Origin: a virus
Strand: one strand, 5' to 3'
Length of the DNA: 44,299 nt
IMG/VR virus record: IMGVR_UViG_3300033150_002085
Coordinates: 1-44,299 of that record
A model generated the notes under the pieces. It was given only the letters and a program-made list of their open reading frames with translations, searched no databases and had not been told where the DNA came from. A program made the position numbers and the translations under genes. Positions 18,236 to 27,537 of this stretch are shown piece by piece; within the stretch, counting starts at the first letter, position 1; each line of letters starts with the position of its first letter.

Positions 18236-20377
18236 ATGTCTCGACTCGGCAGCGTCCAAATCGCGTTCGGGGCCGAAACGAGTGGCCTTTTCCGGGCATC
18301 GGCCAGCGTCGAGCGCCGCCTCCAGAAGCTCGGCCAGGTGGTCGAGAAGATTGGCCGCCGGGCGCAGTACGCCTTCATGGGGCTTGCCGGCGGCATCGGA
18401 TACGCCATCAAGCGCGCGGGCGACCTCGCCGAGGAGATGAATAAGTTTCAGGCGGTGTTCGGCCCGCAGGCCGACGAGATGGCCAAATGGGCCGACCGCC
18501 TTGGCGAGGCGCTCGGGCGGACCGGCACCGAGCTGAAGCAGGCACTCGCCACCTACCAGTCCTTTTTCGTGGGGCTCGGATTCGGCGCGGAAGAGGCCGC
18601 GAACCTCAGCCGCATCATGTCCTCGCTGGCTCTCGACTTCGGGTCGTTCTACAACGTTTCGGACCCCGAGACGCTGCAGCGCTTCATCAGCGCGATGAGC
18701 GGTTCGGCCGAGGCCCTGGACCGGTTCGGCATCAACCTGAAGCAGGCAGCGCTGAACCAGGAACTGCTCGCGATGGGCATCGAGGGCGGCACGGCCAAGG
18801 CCACCGAACAGCAAAAGGCCCTTGCCCGCCTTCGCATCCTCTACAAGGTGATGACCCGCCAGGGCGCGCTTGGCGACGCCATTCGGACACACGACAGCTT
18901 CGTCAATGTGATGCGGGCGCTCTGGTCGCAGACGAAAAGGGCCGTGGCGGCACTGGGCGAGCAGTTCATTCCGCAGGTGCGTGCGGCCGCGAAGTGGCTG
19001 GCCGGCCTGGCCAAGCGCATCCAGGAGATGACCCCGCGCCAGTGGGAAAGCGTGAAGGGCTGGATTGTATTCGGCGGCAAGCTGCTGCTCATCAGCGCAA
19101 TTGTCCCCCGTGTGGTTCGTGCCTTCCAGACGCTGATTGGGGTGCTGAAGACGTTTGCCGCCACGCAGGCGGTCGTCAACGCCCTCTCGGGGAACTGGAT
19201 TATGCTGGCGGCAGGCGTGGCCGCTGCGGTCGGCGCGTGGGCGACCATCGACTACGTCATCGGCAAGCTCGACGCGGCTGCGACGTCCACCGAGGACGCC
19301 ACCGACGCCGTCGAGGAGTATCGCGAGGAGATGGAGGAGGCCGCGAAGGCGGCCGACAAGCTGGCGTCCAGCCTGGGGACCACAGCGTCCGCGTCTCGCA
19401 AGCTGGAACAGCTGGCGGAGCAGACCCAGTTCACCCGCCTGGTCGAGACAGCGAAGTGGGCGCGCGACCAGTTCGGGCGGCTCCAGAAGATTGAGACGGG
19501 CGGGACGCTCTACGTTTCGCCGACCTTCACGTCGGGCAAGGAAATCGGCGAGCTCCTCCAGAAGCTCGACGAGCAGGTGGACCGGCTGCAGTTCTCGGAG
19601 GAGGAGCTCTTCCGGCAGCGCATCGACGCCCTGCGGCGTGAGCAGGCCGAAATCCGCGAGTACCTGCAGACGGAGGAGTCCCGGCTGACACTGAGCGCCG
19701 AGGCCAGGCGGGAGCTCGAGCGGCGGGCGAACATGATTGACGGCATCATCGCCCGCGCCGAAAAAATCGCCGAGCTGACCGAGAAGCAGAAGCAGGCCGA
19801 GGAGGAGGCTCGTCGCGAGGAGGAGCGGCGGGCCGAGGCCCAGCAGCGGATGGCCGAGGCTCAGCGCGACTTCGCACAGGCTCAGCAGGAGTATCTCCGC
19901 GAGGCGGAGCGTCACCTGCCGCCGCTCATGCGTGAGCAGAGCCGGTTTAACCGCGAGCGCAACGCGCTGCAGCGGCGGATTCGCCAGGCGACCGGCGAGG
20001 AGAAGACCACCCTCGAGGCCACTCTGCGCTACCTCGAGAAGGTCCACGCGATTCGCAAGGCCGAAATCCTCGCCGAGGAGAAGCGAAAGGCCATCACCGA
20101 GCAGGTCGCCGAGGCCGAGAAGGCCATCCAGGAGCGGCGTGCCCAGGTCCGCCGATTCGCGCTGCGGGCAGTCCACGAGCAGGTCCAAATGGCCGTTCTG
20201 CGTGAGCCGGAGAACCGCCAGCTTCAGGCGCTGAAGGAAATCCGCAACCAGCTGGACGCCGTCCAGCGGCGTGACGCGAAGGACCGGATGAAGGCCCTCG
20301 ACACCCTTGCCCAGAAGCTGGAGGAGGTCATGAAGGATGCCGGCCTGGTGGCGGTCGCGGCAGGAGGCACAGCATGA
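18236..20377 (+). CDS. Tape measure protein
   Basis: About 713 aa. Hydrophobic central segment and a long coiled-coil C-terminal half. Position supports the call. An in-frame GTG at 18230 is also possible. Confidence 0.85.
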   Translation: MSRLGSVQIAFGAETSGLFRASASVERRLQKLGQVVEKIGRRAQYAFMGLAGGIGYAIKRAGDLAEEMNKFQAVFGPQADEMAKWADRLGEALGRTGTELKQALATYQSFFVGLGFGAEEAANLSRIMSSLALDFGSFYNVSDPETLQRFISAMSGSAEALDRFGINLKQAALNQELLAMGIEGGTAKATEQQKALARLRILYKVMTRQGALGDAIRTHDSFVNVMRALWSQTKRAVAALGEQFIPQVRAAAKWLAGLAKRIQEMTPRQWESVKGWIVFGGKLLLISAIVPRVVRAFQTLIGVLKTFAATQAVVNALSGNWIMLAAGVAAAVGAWATIDYVIGKLDAAATSTEDATDAVEEYREEMEEAAKAADKLASSLGTTASASRKLEQLAEQTQFTRLVETAKWARDQFGRLQKIETGGTLYVSPTFTSGKEIGELLQKLDEQVDRLQFSEEELFRQRIDALRREQAEIREYLQTEESRLTLSAEARRELERRANMIDGIIARAEKIAELTEKQKQAEEEARREEERRAEAQQRMAEAQRDFAQAQQEYLREAERHLPPLMREQSRFNRERNALQRRIRQATGEEKTTLEATLRYLEKVHAIRKAEILAEEKRKAITEQVAEAEKAIQERRAQVRRFALRAVHEQVQMAVLREPENRQLQALKEIRNQLDAVQRRDAKDRMKALDTLAQKLEEVMKDAGLVAVAAGGTA

Positions 20378-21210
20378 GCGTCGAGGTCGTCCCGGCGAGC
20401 ATTACGGTGTCCTGCACGGAGGTCCACCCGCGGCCGGCTCTTATGGTGGACCGCGACGGGCGGGTGAGCGGCACGATGCGGTTCCGCGTTGCGTGGGAAG
20501 ACGCGCTCACGTTCGCGCAGGAGGTGCTTGGCCGCACGGTCGAGATGGACGGGCGACTGGTGCGCTACCTGCCGCTGACGCACCCGCTGTCGGACACCTG
20601 CGTGGCAATGTCGACGTCTATCCAGCCGTTCGGCAAGCCGTCCGGAGCCGATGCCGCAGGGCGGCTTACCTACGAAGCGGCCATTGTCGACGTCAACTTC
20701 GAGGCCGAGGGGGGCGGCGTGGACCCTGCCGATGAGACCGAGACGCTGGTAGAGGAGTCGCTCGAGCCGAACGTCGAGATGCTGACCTGGCCGGGGGCCG
20801 GGCTGTTCTGGGACAGCGCGAAGACGGTGCCGGTAACCAGCGACGAGATTGCCAGCGAGGTGAAGCCGGTCTACACGATGGACTGGGTGTATCGGCGGCG
20901 CGGACTGCGGTCGTTACCGTCGGCCATCGTATCGCTGATGGGGCACGTCAACGCTTCGGCAGTTGTAAGCATGTCGCTGGGCTTGACCTTCGAGGCCGAG
21001 ACGCTGCTCTACAACCCGCCGGTCATCAGTCGGACACGGACAACTGACGGCTGGACGGCCTTCGACGTCACCTACCGGTTCACCGCCCGCCCATGGTCGT
21101 GGAACAAGTTCTGGCGGCGCGGCTATGACGAGCCGCAGCCCATTTACAAGCCCAACGGCTCCCAGTTCAAACCGTATCCGACCGGCAACTTCGGGGAGCT
21201 GCTGGCATGA
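20374..21210 (+). CDS. Minor tail protein (distal tail protein position)
   Basis: 278 aa. ATGA overlap with the tape-measure gene. SD AGGAGG. Confidence 0.65.
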   Translation: MSVEVVPASITVSCTEVHPRPALMVDRDGRVSGTMRFRVAWEDALTFAQEVLGRTVEMDGRLVRYLPLTHPLSDTCVAMSTSIQPFGKPSGADAAGRLTYEAAIVDVNFEAEGGGVDPADETETLVEESLEPNVEMLTWPGAGLFWDSAKTVPVTSDEIASEVKPVYTMDWVYRRRGLRSLPSAIVSLMGHVNASAVVSMSLGLTFEAETLLYNPPVISRTRTTDGWTAFDVTYRFTARPWSWNKFWRRGYDEPQPIYKPNGSQFKPYPTGNFGELLA

Positions 21211-21770
21211 ACCCCAACCTGCCGAAACAAGAGGTCGGCAAGCCGATTCGCGCGGCGACGCTTAACGCCTACCGCGACGCCATCCAGCGGGCGATGCGGT
21301 GGGCGGCACAGCGCGGGGTCCGCGGCGTGTCGGCCAACGCGTTCTTCGCCAAGCTCACGGACTCCTGGTCGCCTGGCACGGGGGCGATGGAGTACTCATG
21401 GCAGGAAGTCGTGCCCGCCCAGGAGTCGTCCGGGACCATCACGTGGACGGCGGTGGGTCGCAGCGGCGACGTGAACACCGACCGCGCGGCGTATGGGCTC
21501 GAAGGCGGGCGGCGTCTCGACACCGACACGATTGTCCTGATGGTCGAGGTAGTGGCGGCCGACGGCCGGCCGCTCTACGTTTTCCTGGACGGCGTGCGGC
21601 CGCCGAAGTTCTGGTTCGTCCCGCCCATCTGCCGGCCGCTCGTCGTAGACGACACCGGCCAAATCGTCGGCTGGTATTACGAGTCTGGCCCCGACCAGCT
21701 CTGGCATTCGCCATGGGGCTACGACGACCCCGGCGTGGGCACGAACTCAAGCGGCTGGGGCGAACTCTAG
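21207..21770 (+). CDS. Minor tail / tip protein candidate
   Basis: 187 aa, coupled to the previous gene. It is the last gene before strong terminators. Confidence 0.6.
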   Translation: MNPNLPKQEVGKPIRAATLNAYRDAIQRAMRWAAQRGVRGVSANAFFAKLTDSWSPGTGAMEYSWQEVVPAQESSGTITWTAVGRSGDVNTDRAAYGLEGGRRLDTDTIVLMVEVVAADGRPLYVFLDGVRPPKFWFVPPICRPLVVDDTGQIVGWYYESGPDQLWHSPWGYDDPGVGTNSSGWGEL

Positions 21771-21791
21771 ACCCAGTCGCACCCCGCCCGC

Positions 21792-21825
21792 CCCGGTGGC
21801 CGACACGGCCGCCGGGCTTTTTTTT
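21792..21825 (+). terminator. Rho-independent terminator ending the structural operon
   Basis: Stem CCCGGTGGCCG/CGGCCGCCGGG followed by T8. A second hairpin CGCCCC/GGGGCG with a T-run lies at 21843-21878. Confidence 0.75.
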
Positions 21826-21888
21826 CGACCGGTGCGCAACTCCGCCCCCCGTCGCAAGTTGGGGCGATAAAGTTTTTTGTTTTCCTGC

Positions 21889-21916
21889 TTGCCGGCCGCC
21901 AAAATAGCATTACAAT
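21889..21916 (+). promoter_or_regulatory. Sigma70-like promoter
   Basis: -35 TTGCCG (21889-21894), 16-nt spacer, -10 TACAAT (21911-21916), set in an AT-rich patch. Confidence 0.55.
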
Positions 21917-21961
21917 GGTGGTGACGATTGAAGGACGCACGCAGCGAGAAGGAGCGAAGCC

Positions 21962-22279
21962 ATGACGACGACGCAGAACGACGCAAGGGCGGCCGCGGAC
22001 GAAGCCATGCGTGTGGCTTCCGAGGCCGCGATTGAGTGGCTGCGAGCGAACGGCCGCTGGTGCTGGGGACAGCGGCTGGCAGAAGAAGCGGTGCCGCGGG
22101 TGAAGGCGGCGCTGCGCGAAGGCCTCGCCGAAGCCCGCGAGACCACCGAAGCCCTGGGCGGCGACACGAAGGTCGCCATGACCAGCCTGAAGGCTAGGCT
22201 GGCTCAGGCGGGGATTGAGGCCGCGAAGGCCGCGGCCGAGACGGGTCCGAAGCCCACATTCGTGCACCTCGTAGGGTAA
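21962..22279 (+). CDS. Hypothetical protein
   Basis: 105 aa with SD GAAGGAGC upstream. Confidence 0.6.
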   Translation: MTTTQNDARAAADEAMRVASEAAIEWLRANGRWCWGQRLAEEAVPRVKAALREGLAEARETTEALGGDTKVAMTSLKARLAQAGIEAAKAAAETGPKPTFVHLVG

Positions 22280-22290
22280 GGAGGAGGACA

Positions 22291-22707
22291 ATGGGACGTA
22301 TCTACCTGCGTGTCATCGTTGAGAAACTCGACGACGAGGCCTGCCCGCTGTCCGAAGCAGCGGACGAGCTCGCCGCCAACCTCGAAGGCGAAGAAGTGGC
22401 CGGGTGGGCGGTCGTCGAAGCCACACCCTGCCCGTCGCCGAAGACCGCAAGGTCGCGGGCGGCCAAGAACCGCAAGGAGGCCGAGTTCTACATTGGGCGG
22501 GCCATCCACGACGTGCGGTGGCTCGAGAAGTCCGGCCGCAGCATGGCCGACCTGCAAGACCCGACCTCGCCAGCACCGAAGACGTTTGGGCGGCTCGAGG
22601 AGGAGCGGCTGTGGGCCATCGCCGACCTCCTCGGCCTGGAACCCTGCGACGGCTTCCGCCCCGTCAAGCGGCGGCGGCCCGACGGAACCTTCGACCTGGA
22701 CGACTGA
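22291..22707 (+). CDS. Hypothetical protein
   Basis: 138 aa with SD AAGGAGGAGG upstream. Confidence 0.6.
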   Translation: MGRIYLRVIVEKLDDEACPLSEAADELAANLEGEEVAGWAVVEATPCPSPKTARSRAAKNRKEAEFYIGRAIHDVRWLEKSGRSMADLQDPTSPAPKTFGRLEEERLWAIADLLGLEPCDGFRPVKRRRPDGTFDLDD

Positions 22708-22723
22708 CGAAAGGAGCCGAACC

Positions 22724-23089
22724 ATGCGAGACGACCGAACGCTGCTGGAACGCATCGGGACGCTGGCGGCCGACACCATCCGTGCGGCCGCCAGCACGGA
22801 CTGGGTCCGGGCGGCGATGCTCGCCCAGACCCTGCAGGACGTGGCCCACCAGGAGTTCACACGGCTCGAGAGCGGCACGCCGCTGGAGTGCGTCATCATC
22901 GCTGCGGCCGACGCCATCAAGGCCGCGATGGAGGGCGACCGCAAGCGCGTGGAGGAGTGCGGCGAGACGCTCCGCAAGATGGCGATGGAGCACGTGCCGC
23001 GTGACGAGCACGGCAACCCCATCGTCGAGCGTCCGGCCGGGCCGGACGACGACGACGGTGAGGACTTGCCGACCTGGTTCTACCACTAA
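22724..23089 (+). CDS. Hypothetical protein
   Basis: 121 aa. SD AAAGGAGCC 6 nt before ATG 22724. Confidence 0.6.
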   Translation: MRDDRTLLERIGTLAADTIRAAASTDWVRAAMLAQTLQDVAHQEFTRLESGTPLECVIIAAADAIKAAMEGDRKRVEECGETLRKMAMEHVPRDEHGNPIVERPAGPDDDDGEDLPTWFYH

Positions 23090-23101
23090 AGGAGCCGACC
23101 G

Positions 23102-23311
23102 ATGACGACCCCGAACCGAACGACGCTGGTGCATATGACCGCCGCGCTGGACCTGCAAGCGCGGGCCGCGTCCGAACTCGAGGCCGAGGGCGGCCGCGTC
23201 CACGCTATCCACGCGTGGGGCGTCGTCGTGGCCGACGCTCGTCGCCTGGCGCGGCTCGCCCAGGAGCACGTGGATGCGCTCGACGCCCGCAAGCGCGGCC
23301 GCAAGCGATAG
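23102..23311 (+). CDS. Hypothetical protein
   Basis: 69 aa with SD AAAGGAGCC upstream. Confidence 0.55.
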   Translation: MTTPNRTTLVHMTAALDLQARAASELEAEGGRVHAIHAWGVVVADARRLARLAQEHVDALDARKRGRKR

Positions 23312-23473
23312 GCCGCGCGTGTGGCCGTGTGTGCGGCCTGCCGGCGGGGTGGCCCTTAGACGCGACGGCCACCGCGATAGGCCGCCAGGGGCCAACGTGG
23401 GCCGCGAGACGCCGCCCCCGGGCGACCATGCCTGCGGCCCCTGGCGGCCACCGGCCGCGGCGAAAAAAATCGG

Positions 23474-23520
23474 AAAATCCCAGGATTTTGCCTTGACAAC
23501 TCGACGAAAACCGCTAGAAT
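23474..23520 (+). promoter_or_regulatory. Sigma70-like promoter with palindromic operator
   Basis: Operator AAAATCCCAGGATTTT (23474-23489), -35 TTGACA (23493-23498), 16-nt spacer, -10 TAGAAT (23515-23520). Confidence 0.7.
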
Positions 23521-23549
23521 GCCAGTGAACCATTAGAAAGGAGAATGCG

Positions 23550-23723
23550 ATGGACGCCACGACCCTCCGAAACGACCTGCAGGACGCGATTGAGAACGCT
23601 GGCTGGGACGACCTCCGCCGAGTGGTTACCTTCGGCGAAGCGGGCTTGCTGACCCGCGACGAGGGCCTGGTTCTGAAGTTCGAGGACGGGACCGAGTTCG
23701 AGGTTACCATCACGCCGCGGTGA
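23550..23723 (+). CDS. Hypothetical 57-aa protein (below the ORF-track length cutoff)
   Basis: Hand translation gives MDATTLRNDLQDAIENAGWDD...EVTITPR. SD AAAGGAG is 7 nt upstream. It is the first gene after the promoter. Confidence 0.55.
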   Translation: MDATTLRNDLQDAIENAGWDDLRRVVTFGEAGLLTRDEGLVLKFEDGTEFEVTITPR

Positions 23724-23754
23724 CGCGGCGAGAACCCGCGGAAGGAGGCGAACG

Positions 23755-24180
23755 ATGGCGTGGATGAAAGTCACACACGCGTGTGGGCATGACCGCTGGG
23801 TGCAGGTTTACGGCCCCGTCGCCCAGCGAGCCCAGAAGGTGGAGTGGATGGGCCGCCGGCCCTGCCCCGACTGCGAGCGGGCCGCGGAGGAGGCCGAGGC
23901 CAAGGCCGACGCCGAGCAGCGAGGCCTGCCCGCCCTCCAGGGCACCGAGAAGCAGGTCGCGTGGGCGAACGTCCTGCGCTACCGCACGCTCCAAAACCTG
24001 GAGCGGTGGTGGCAGGAGCGAACGAGCGGCGCAAAGGCCGTCGGGCTGGAAGCCCGTGAGCAGTTCGAGGCGGCGGTCAAGGCCGTCGCCGCCCACGACG
24101 ACGCGACCTGGTGGATTGACCGGCGGGACTGGTCGCCGACCGCCATCGTGCGGGAGGCGCTCGAGGCCGCCCAGGCGTAA
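23755..24180 (+). CDS. Hypothetical protein with a CxH...CPDC zinc-ribbon-like N-terminus
   Basis: 141 aa with SD GGAAGGAGG upstream. Confidence 0.6.
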   Translation: MAWMKVTHACGHDRWVQVYGPVAQRAQKVEWMGRRPCPDCERAAEEAEAKADAEQRGLPALQGTEKQVAWANVLRYRTLQNLERWWQERTSGAKAVGLEAREQFEAAVKAVAAHDDATWWIDRRDWSPTAIVREALEAAQA

Positions 24181-24194
24181 GGAGCCGAACCGCG

Positions 24195-24398
24195 ATGATG
24201 AGAACGATGAGCACGGTCGAAGCCGAGGACCGCATTCGACGAGCACGCACGCTCCTGCTTGGCGTCGAGCAGGTGCAAGGGGCCTGCCCGGGGTGGCAGG
24301 CGCTGGTTAAGCAGGTGCGCAACGCCCTGCAGCGCATGGGTGAGAACCTGAAAGGAGCGGAAAATGGACGCGACCATCGCAAGTTCTGTGTCGGTTGA
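24195..24398 (+). CDS. Hypothetical protein
   Basis: 67 aa with SD AAGGAGCC upstream. Overlaps the next ORF by 35 nt. Confidence 0.45.
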   Translation: MMRTMSTVEAEDRIRRARTLLLGVEQVQGACPGWQALVKQVRNALQRMGENLKGAENGRDHRKFCVG

Positions 24399-24555
24399 CG
24401 AAGCCGTCACCATCGTCGAAACGCTGCTTCGGCGATTCGGCCACCGATGGGTGCTCAGCGTGGTGGTCGAGGCGCTCAAGAAGGAGGCCAGCGACCTCCG
24501 GAACCGGGCGGCGGACCTCGATGACGTCGCCAAGAATGTGTGGGGCCTGCTGTAA
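24364..24555 (+). CDS. Hypothetical protein
   Basis: 63 aa with SD AAAGGAGCGG upstream. Confidence 0.5.
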   Translation: MDATIASSVSVDEAVTIVETLLRRFGHRWVLSVVVEALKKEASDLRNRAADLDDVAKNVWGLL

Positions 24556-24565
24556 GGAGCACGCC

Positions 24566-24751
24566 ATGCCGACCGCCGACCAGGAAGCACGAACCGCCTT
24601 CGACCTGCTGGAGCGTGCGTGGCGCTCCGCACGCGAGGGCGACTACGCCGCCGCGGCCGACGACGCGGCCGCGGCGTCCGAGGCCTTCAAACGGGTGGAA
24701 ATTCGCTTGAGGGCGGCCGAGGGCATCACCGTAATGACGGGAGGAGCCTGA
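24566..24751 (+). CDS. Hypothetical protein
   Basis: 61 aa from ATG 24566 with SD AAGGAGC upstream. Confidence 0.5.
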   Translation: MPTADQEARTAFDLLERAWRSAREGDYAAAADDAAAASEAFKRVEIRLRAAEGITVMTGGA

Positions 24752-24859
24752 AATGGACGATGCCGATGGCGAAGCGCCTGATGGAGACCGTGAAGGAGTA
24801 CACGCCCAAATACGCGCCGGACGTGGCGCGTGAACTCGAGAAGGGAAAGGAGGCCGACA

Positions 24860-25852
24860 ATGTCGCACGAGATTAGCATCACCGCCGACGGGCGAGCCGA
24901 GGCCATGTATGCGGAGAAGCCGGCATGGCACGGGCTCGGCACGGTCGTCCAGGAAGCGCCGAGCAGCGCCGACGCGCTGCGGCTGGCACACCTGGACTGG
25001 AAGGTGGACCTGTGGCCCATCGAGGCCATCGCGCCGGACGGCAAGCGGGTGGCCTCGCCCCTGTTCGCCACCGTCCGCCTCGACACCAGGACGGTCCTGG
25101 GGGCGGTCCGCGGGCGCTACCGCCCCGTCCAGAACCACGAGGCGTTCTCGTTCCTGGACTCGCTGGTGCCCGAGGCCGAGATGCGATACGAGTCGGCCGG
25201 GGCCCTCAAGGGCGGCCGCCTGGTGTGGCTGCTCGCGCGCATGCCCGAGACCGACCTCATCGATGACGGCGACGAGCTCCAGCGGTTCGTCCTGTTCGCC
25301 AACTCGCACGACGGCACGCAGGCCGTGAGGGTCATCCCCACCAGCGTGCGGGTGGTTTGCTGGAACACGCTAAGCCTCGCCGTCGGCCGCGCGGTGACCA
25401 GCGTGACCATCCGGCACACCGGCGACATCCAAGCGAAGCTGGGCGAGGTCCGCCGCATCCTCGGCGTGTGCGAGGAGCGGTTCGTGGCGTTTACCGAGGT
25501 GGGCCGCCGGCTTGCCAGCCAGCGCGTCTCGCCGACCGACGCCGAGGACTACTGGCGTGCGGCCTGGCCGGAGCCGACGACCTCGAAGGCCGCAACCACA
25601 CGCTGGCGGAAGCGGCTGCTGACCCTCCGCGACTGCTTCCGCCTCGAGTCGAGGCGGGTCCGACACCCCTCCGCCTGGCACGCGTTCCAGGCCGCGACGG
25701 CCCTGGTCGACCACGCGCCGCGGCGCGGGAAAACGGAGACCATCCGGCTCGAGCGGCGGTTCCACTCGACGCTGCTGGGGCCCTCGGCCACCGAGAAGCA
25801 CCGCCTGCTGCAACTGGCGACCGCGACGTTCCTGGGCGAGGAGGCCAAGTAA
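24860..25852 (+). CDS. DUF932 / phage-plasmid-like protein (TIGR03299-like)
   Basis: 330 aa. AWHGLG, YRPVQNHEAFSF, GALKGGRLVW, NSHDGTQA and VRVVCWNTL match my memory of the family. SD AAGGAGG. Confidence 0.8.
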   Translation: MSHEISITADGRAEAMYAEKPAWHGLGTVVQEAPSSADALRLAHLDWKVDLWPIEAIAPDGKRVASPLFATVRLDTRTVLGAVRGRYRPVQNHEAFSFLDSLVPEAEMRYESAGALKGGRLVWLLARMPETDLIDDGDELQRFVLFANSHDGTQAVRVIPTSVRVVCWNTLSLAVGRAVTSVTIRHTGDIQAKLGEVRRILGVCEERFVAFTEVGRRLASQRVSPTDAEDYWRAAWPEPTTSKAATTRWRKRLLTLRDCFRLESRRVRHPSAWHAFQAATALVDHAPRRGKTETIRLERRFHSTLLGPSATEKHRLLQLATATFLGEEAK

Positions 25853-27498
25853 TGCGAGCCGTGCTAGATGGCCCTCGCATCACCTGGCGAGCCCCTTACA
25901 GCCTGCGAGTGGCTTGCAGGGGCATCCCGGGCAGTCGGTGGAACCCCGCCAAGCGCGAATGGTTCGCACCAGCAACGCCAGCCGTGGCCAGGGCGGTCGT
26001 CGAGACGTTCTCCGCGACGGCGGTCGCCGTGGACGCCGACGTCGCCGCCCTGGCCGCCAAGGCGAACGCCGTGCAGCGGTGCTTGGCGATGCCCGTCTCC
26101 GCCCTGCCGACTTACCGCACGCAGCATCCCCCACGCACGTATCAGCGCCGAGCCTACGCGATGATGCGCGAGGCCCGCGCGGTCCTGCTGGCGTGGGAAA
26201 TGGGAACCGGCAAGACGAAAGCCGTCGTGGACTTCGTGGCGAACGAGGCCCCCCGGCGCGTGCTCGTGGTTGCGCCGAAGACCGCAATGCCCGTGTGGGA
26301 GCTCGAGTACGCCAAGCACGCACCGGAGCCGCGCCAGCGCAAGGTGGTGCTGCTGAGCGGCCCCTGCCGAAAGCGGCTCGAGGCGATGCGGCGGTACTGG
26401 GCGATGCCGAAGCCGCCCATCCTGGTAACGAACTACGAGGCGTTCGCACGAGCGCCGCTGTCCACCGAGTTCCCGTCGATGGACGCAGACATGGTCGTCC
26501 TGGACGAGTGCCACCGCATCAAGGCTCCGGGCGGCAAAGTCTCCCGCGTGTTCGCAGCGGCATCCCCGCGCCAGTACCTGCGCGTCGGCCTGTCCGGCAC
26601 GCCGCTTCCGCATTCGCCCCTCGACGCCTACGCGCTGTGCCGGTGGCTCGACTGCGGGCTGTTCGGCACGTCGTTCACGCGGTTCAAACAGCGTTACGCG
26701 GTGACCGTCCCGCTCGGCATGCGCGGCGTCGACAAGGTGGTTGGTTTCCAGAACCTCGACGAGCTGCGTGCGCGGCTCGGCGAGATAACCTACCGCATCC
26801 GCCAAGACGAGGTGGCCGAACTGCCGCCGACGCAGCACCAGGTCATCCCGGTCATCCTCAGCGCCGAGGCCCGCCGCACCTACGAGGTGCTGGAGCGGAC
26901 GCTCGTCGTGGCCATCGGCGACGGCGTCGTTACCGCCTCGAACGCCCTCGTCCGCTTGCTGCGGCTGCAGCAGGTGACCAGCGGCTTCCTCACGCCGGAC
27001 GGCGAAGACCGGTGCGTCGAGGTCGACACCGCGAAGCGCGACGCGCTCGCCGACCTTCTGACGGACCTGCCGCCCGACGAGCACGTCGTGGTGTTCTGCC
27101 GTTTCCGCCGCGACCTCGACGCTGTCCACGAGGTAGCCCAGAAGGTCGGCCGGCGGTCGTGCGAGCTGTCCGGCCGCCGGCACGACATCCGCGGGCGGTG
27201 GGTCGAGGACGGGACGACCGTAGCGGCCATCCAGATGCAAAGCGGTGCCCTCGGAATCGACCTCACCCTGGCCAGGTACTGCGTGTTCTACAGCCTGGGG
27301 TTCAGCCTGGGCGATTACATGCAGGCTTGTAAGCGTGTCCACAGGCATGGCCAGACGCGGCGCGTGGTCTACTATCACCTGGTGGCCGCCGGCACGGTGG
27401 ACGAGGTCGTCCTCGAGGCGCTCCAGGCCAAGCAGGAAGTCGTCGAAGCGGTCGTCGAGAATTTGCGAGCAAAGCGCTTGCAATCGACTCGGCGGTAA
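25852..27498 (+). CDS. SNF2-family helicase
   Basis: 548 aa. Motif I EMGTGKT, motif II DECH, C-terminal helicase motifs QACKRVHRHGQ. TAATG coupling to DUF932. Confidence 0.85.
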   Translation: MRAVLDGPRITWRAPYSLRVACRGIPGSRWNPAKREWFAPATPAVARAVVETFSATAVAVDADVAALAAKANAVQRCLAMPVSALPTYRTQHPPRTYQRRAYAMMREARAVLLAWEMGTGKTKAVVDFVANEAPRRVLVVAPKTAMPVWELEYAKHAPEPRQRKVVLLSGPCRKRLEAMRRYWAMPKPPILVTNYEAFARAPLSTEFPSMDADMVVLDECHRIKAPGGKVSRVFAAASPRQYLRVGLSGTPLPHSPLDAYALCRWLDCGLFGTSFTRFKQRYAVTVPLGMRGVDKVVGFQNLDELRARLGEITYRIRQDEVAELPPTQHQVIPVILSAEARRTYEVLERTLVVAIGDGVVTASNALVRLLRLQQVTSGFLTPDGEDRCVEVDTAKRDALADLLTDLPPDEHVVVFCRFRRDLDAVHEVAQKVGRRSCELSGRRHDIRGRWVEDGTTVAAIQMQSGALGIDLTLARYCVFYSLGFSLGDYMQACKRVHRHGQTRRVVYYHLVAAGTVDEVVLEALQAKQEVVEAVVENLRAKRLQSTRR

Positions 27499-27537
27499 GG
27501 TAGGGTCGCCGACGGCCGCAGGGAAAGGATAAGGGAA

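Noticed and set aside
17834-20188. Very long antisense ORFs. Examples are 17834..20188(-) at 784 aa, 35789..38146(-) at 785 aa, 25864..27924(-) at 686 aa, 2097..3737(-), 9520..11202(-), 42045..43253(-), 4760..5887(-) and 7790..8770(-).
   Set aside because: They lie opposite + strand genes with clear family motifs and SD sites. Their translations are R/G/P/A/L-rich low-complexity sequence with no motifs and no SD. This is the usual open-antisense-frame artefact of high-GC DNA.
24762-24875. A 38-aa ORF (MPMAKRLMETVKEY...) between 24751 and the DUF932 gene.
   Set aside because: It is too short and has no clear SD. I could not separate it from chance, so it is left unannotated.
27478-27506. Possible promoter TTGCAA-17-TAGGGT inside the 3-prime end of the SNF2 gene.
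   Set aside because: The -10 is weak, with only two to three consensus positions, and the site lies inside coding sequence. It is plausible but not supportable from sequence alone.
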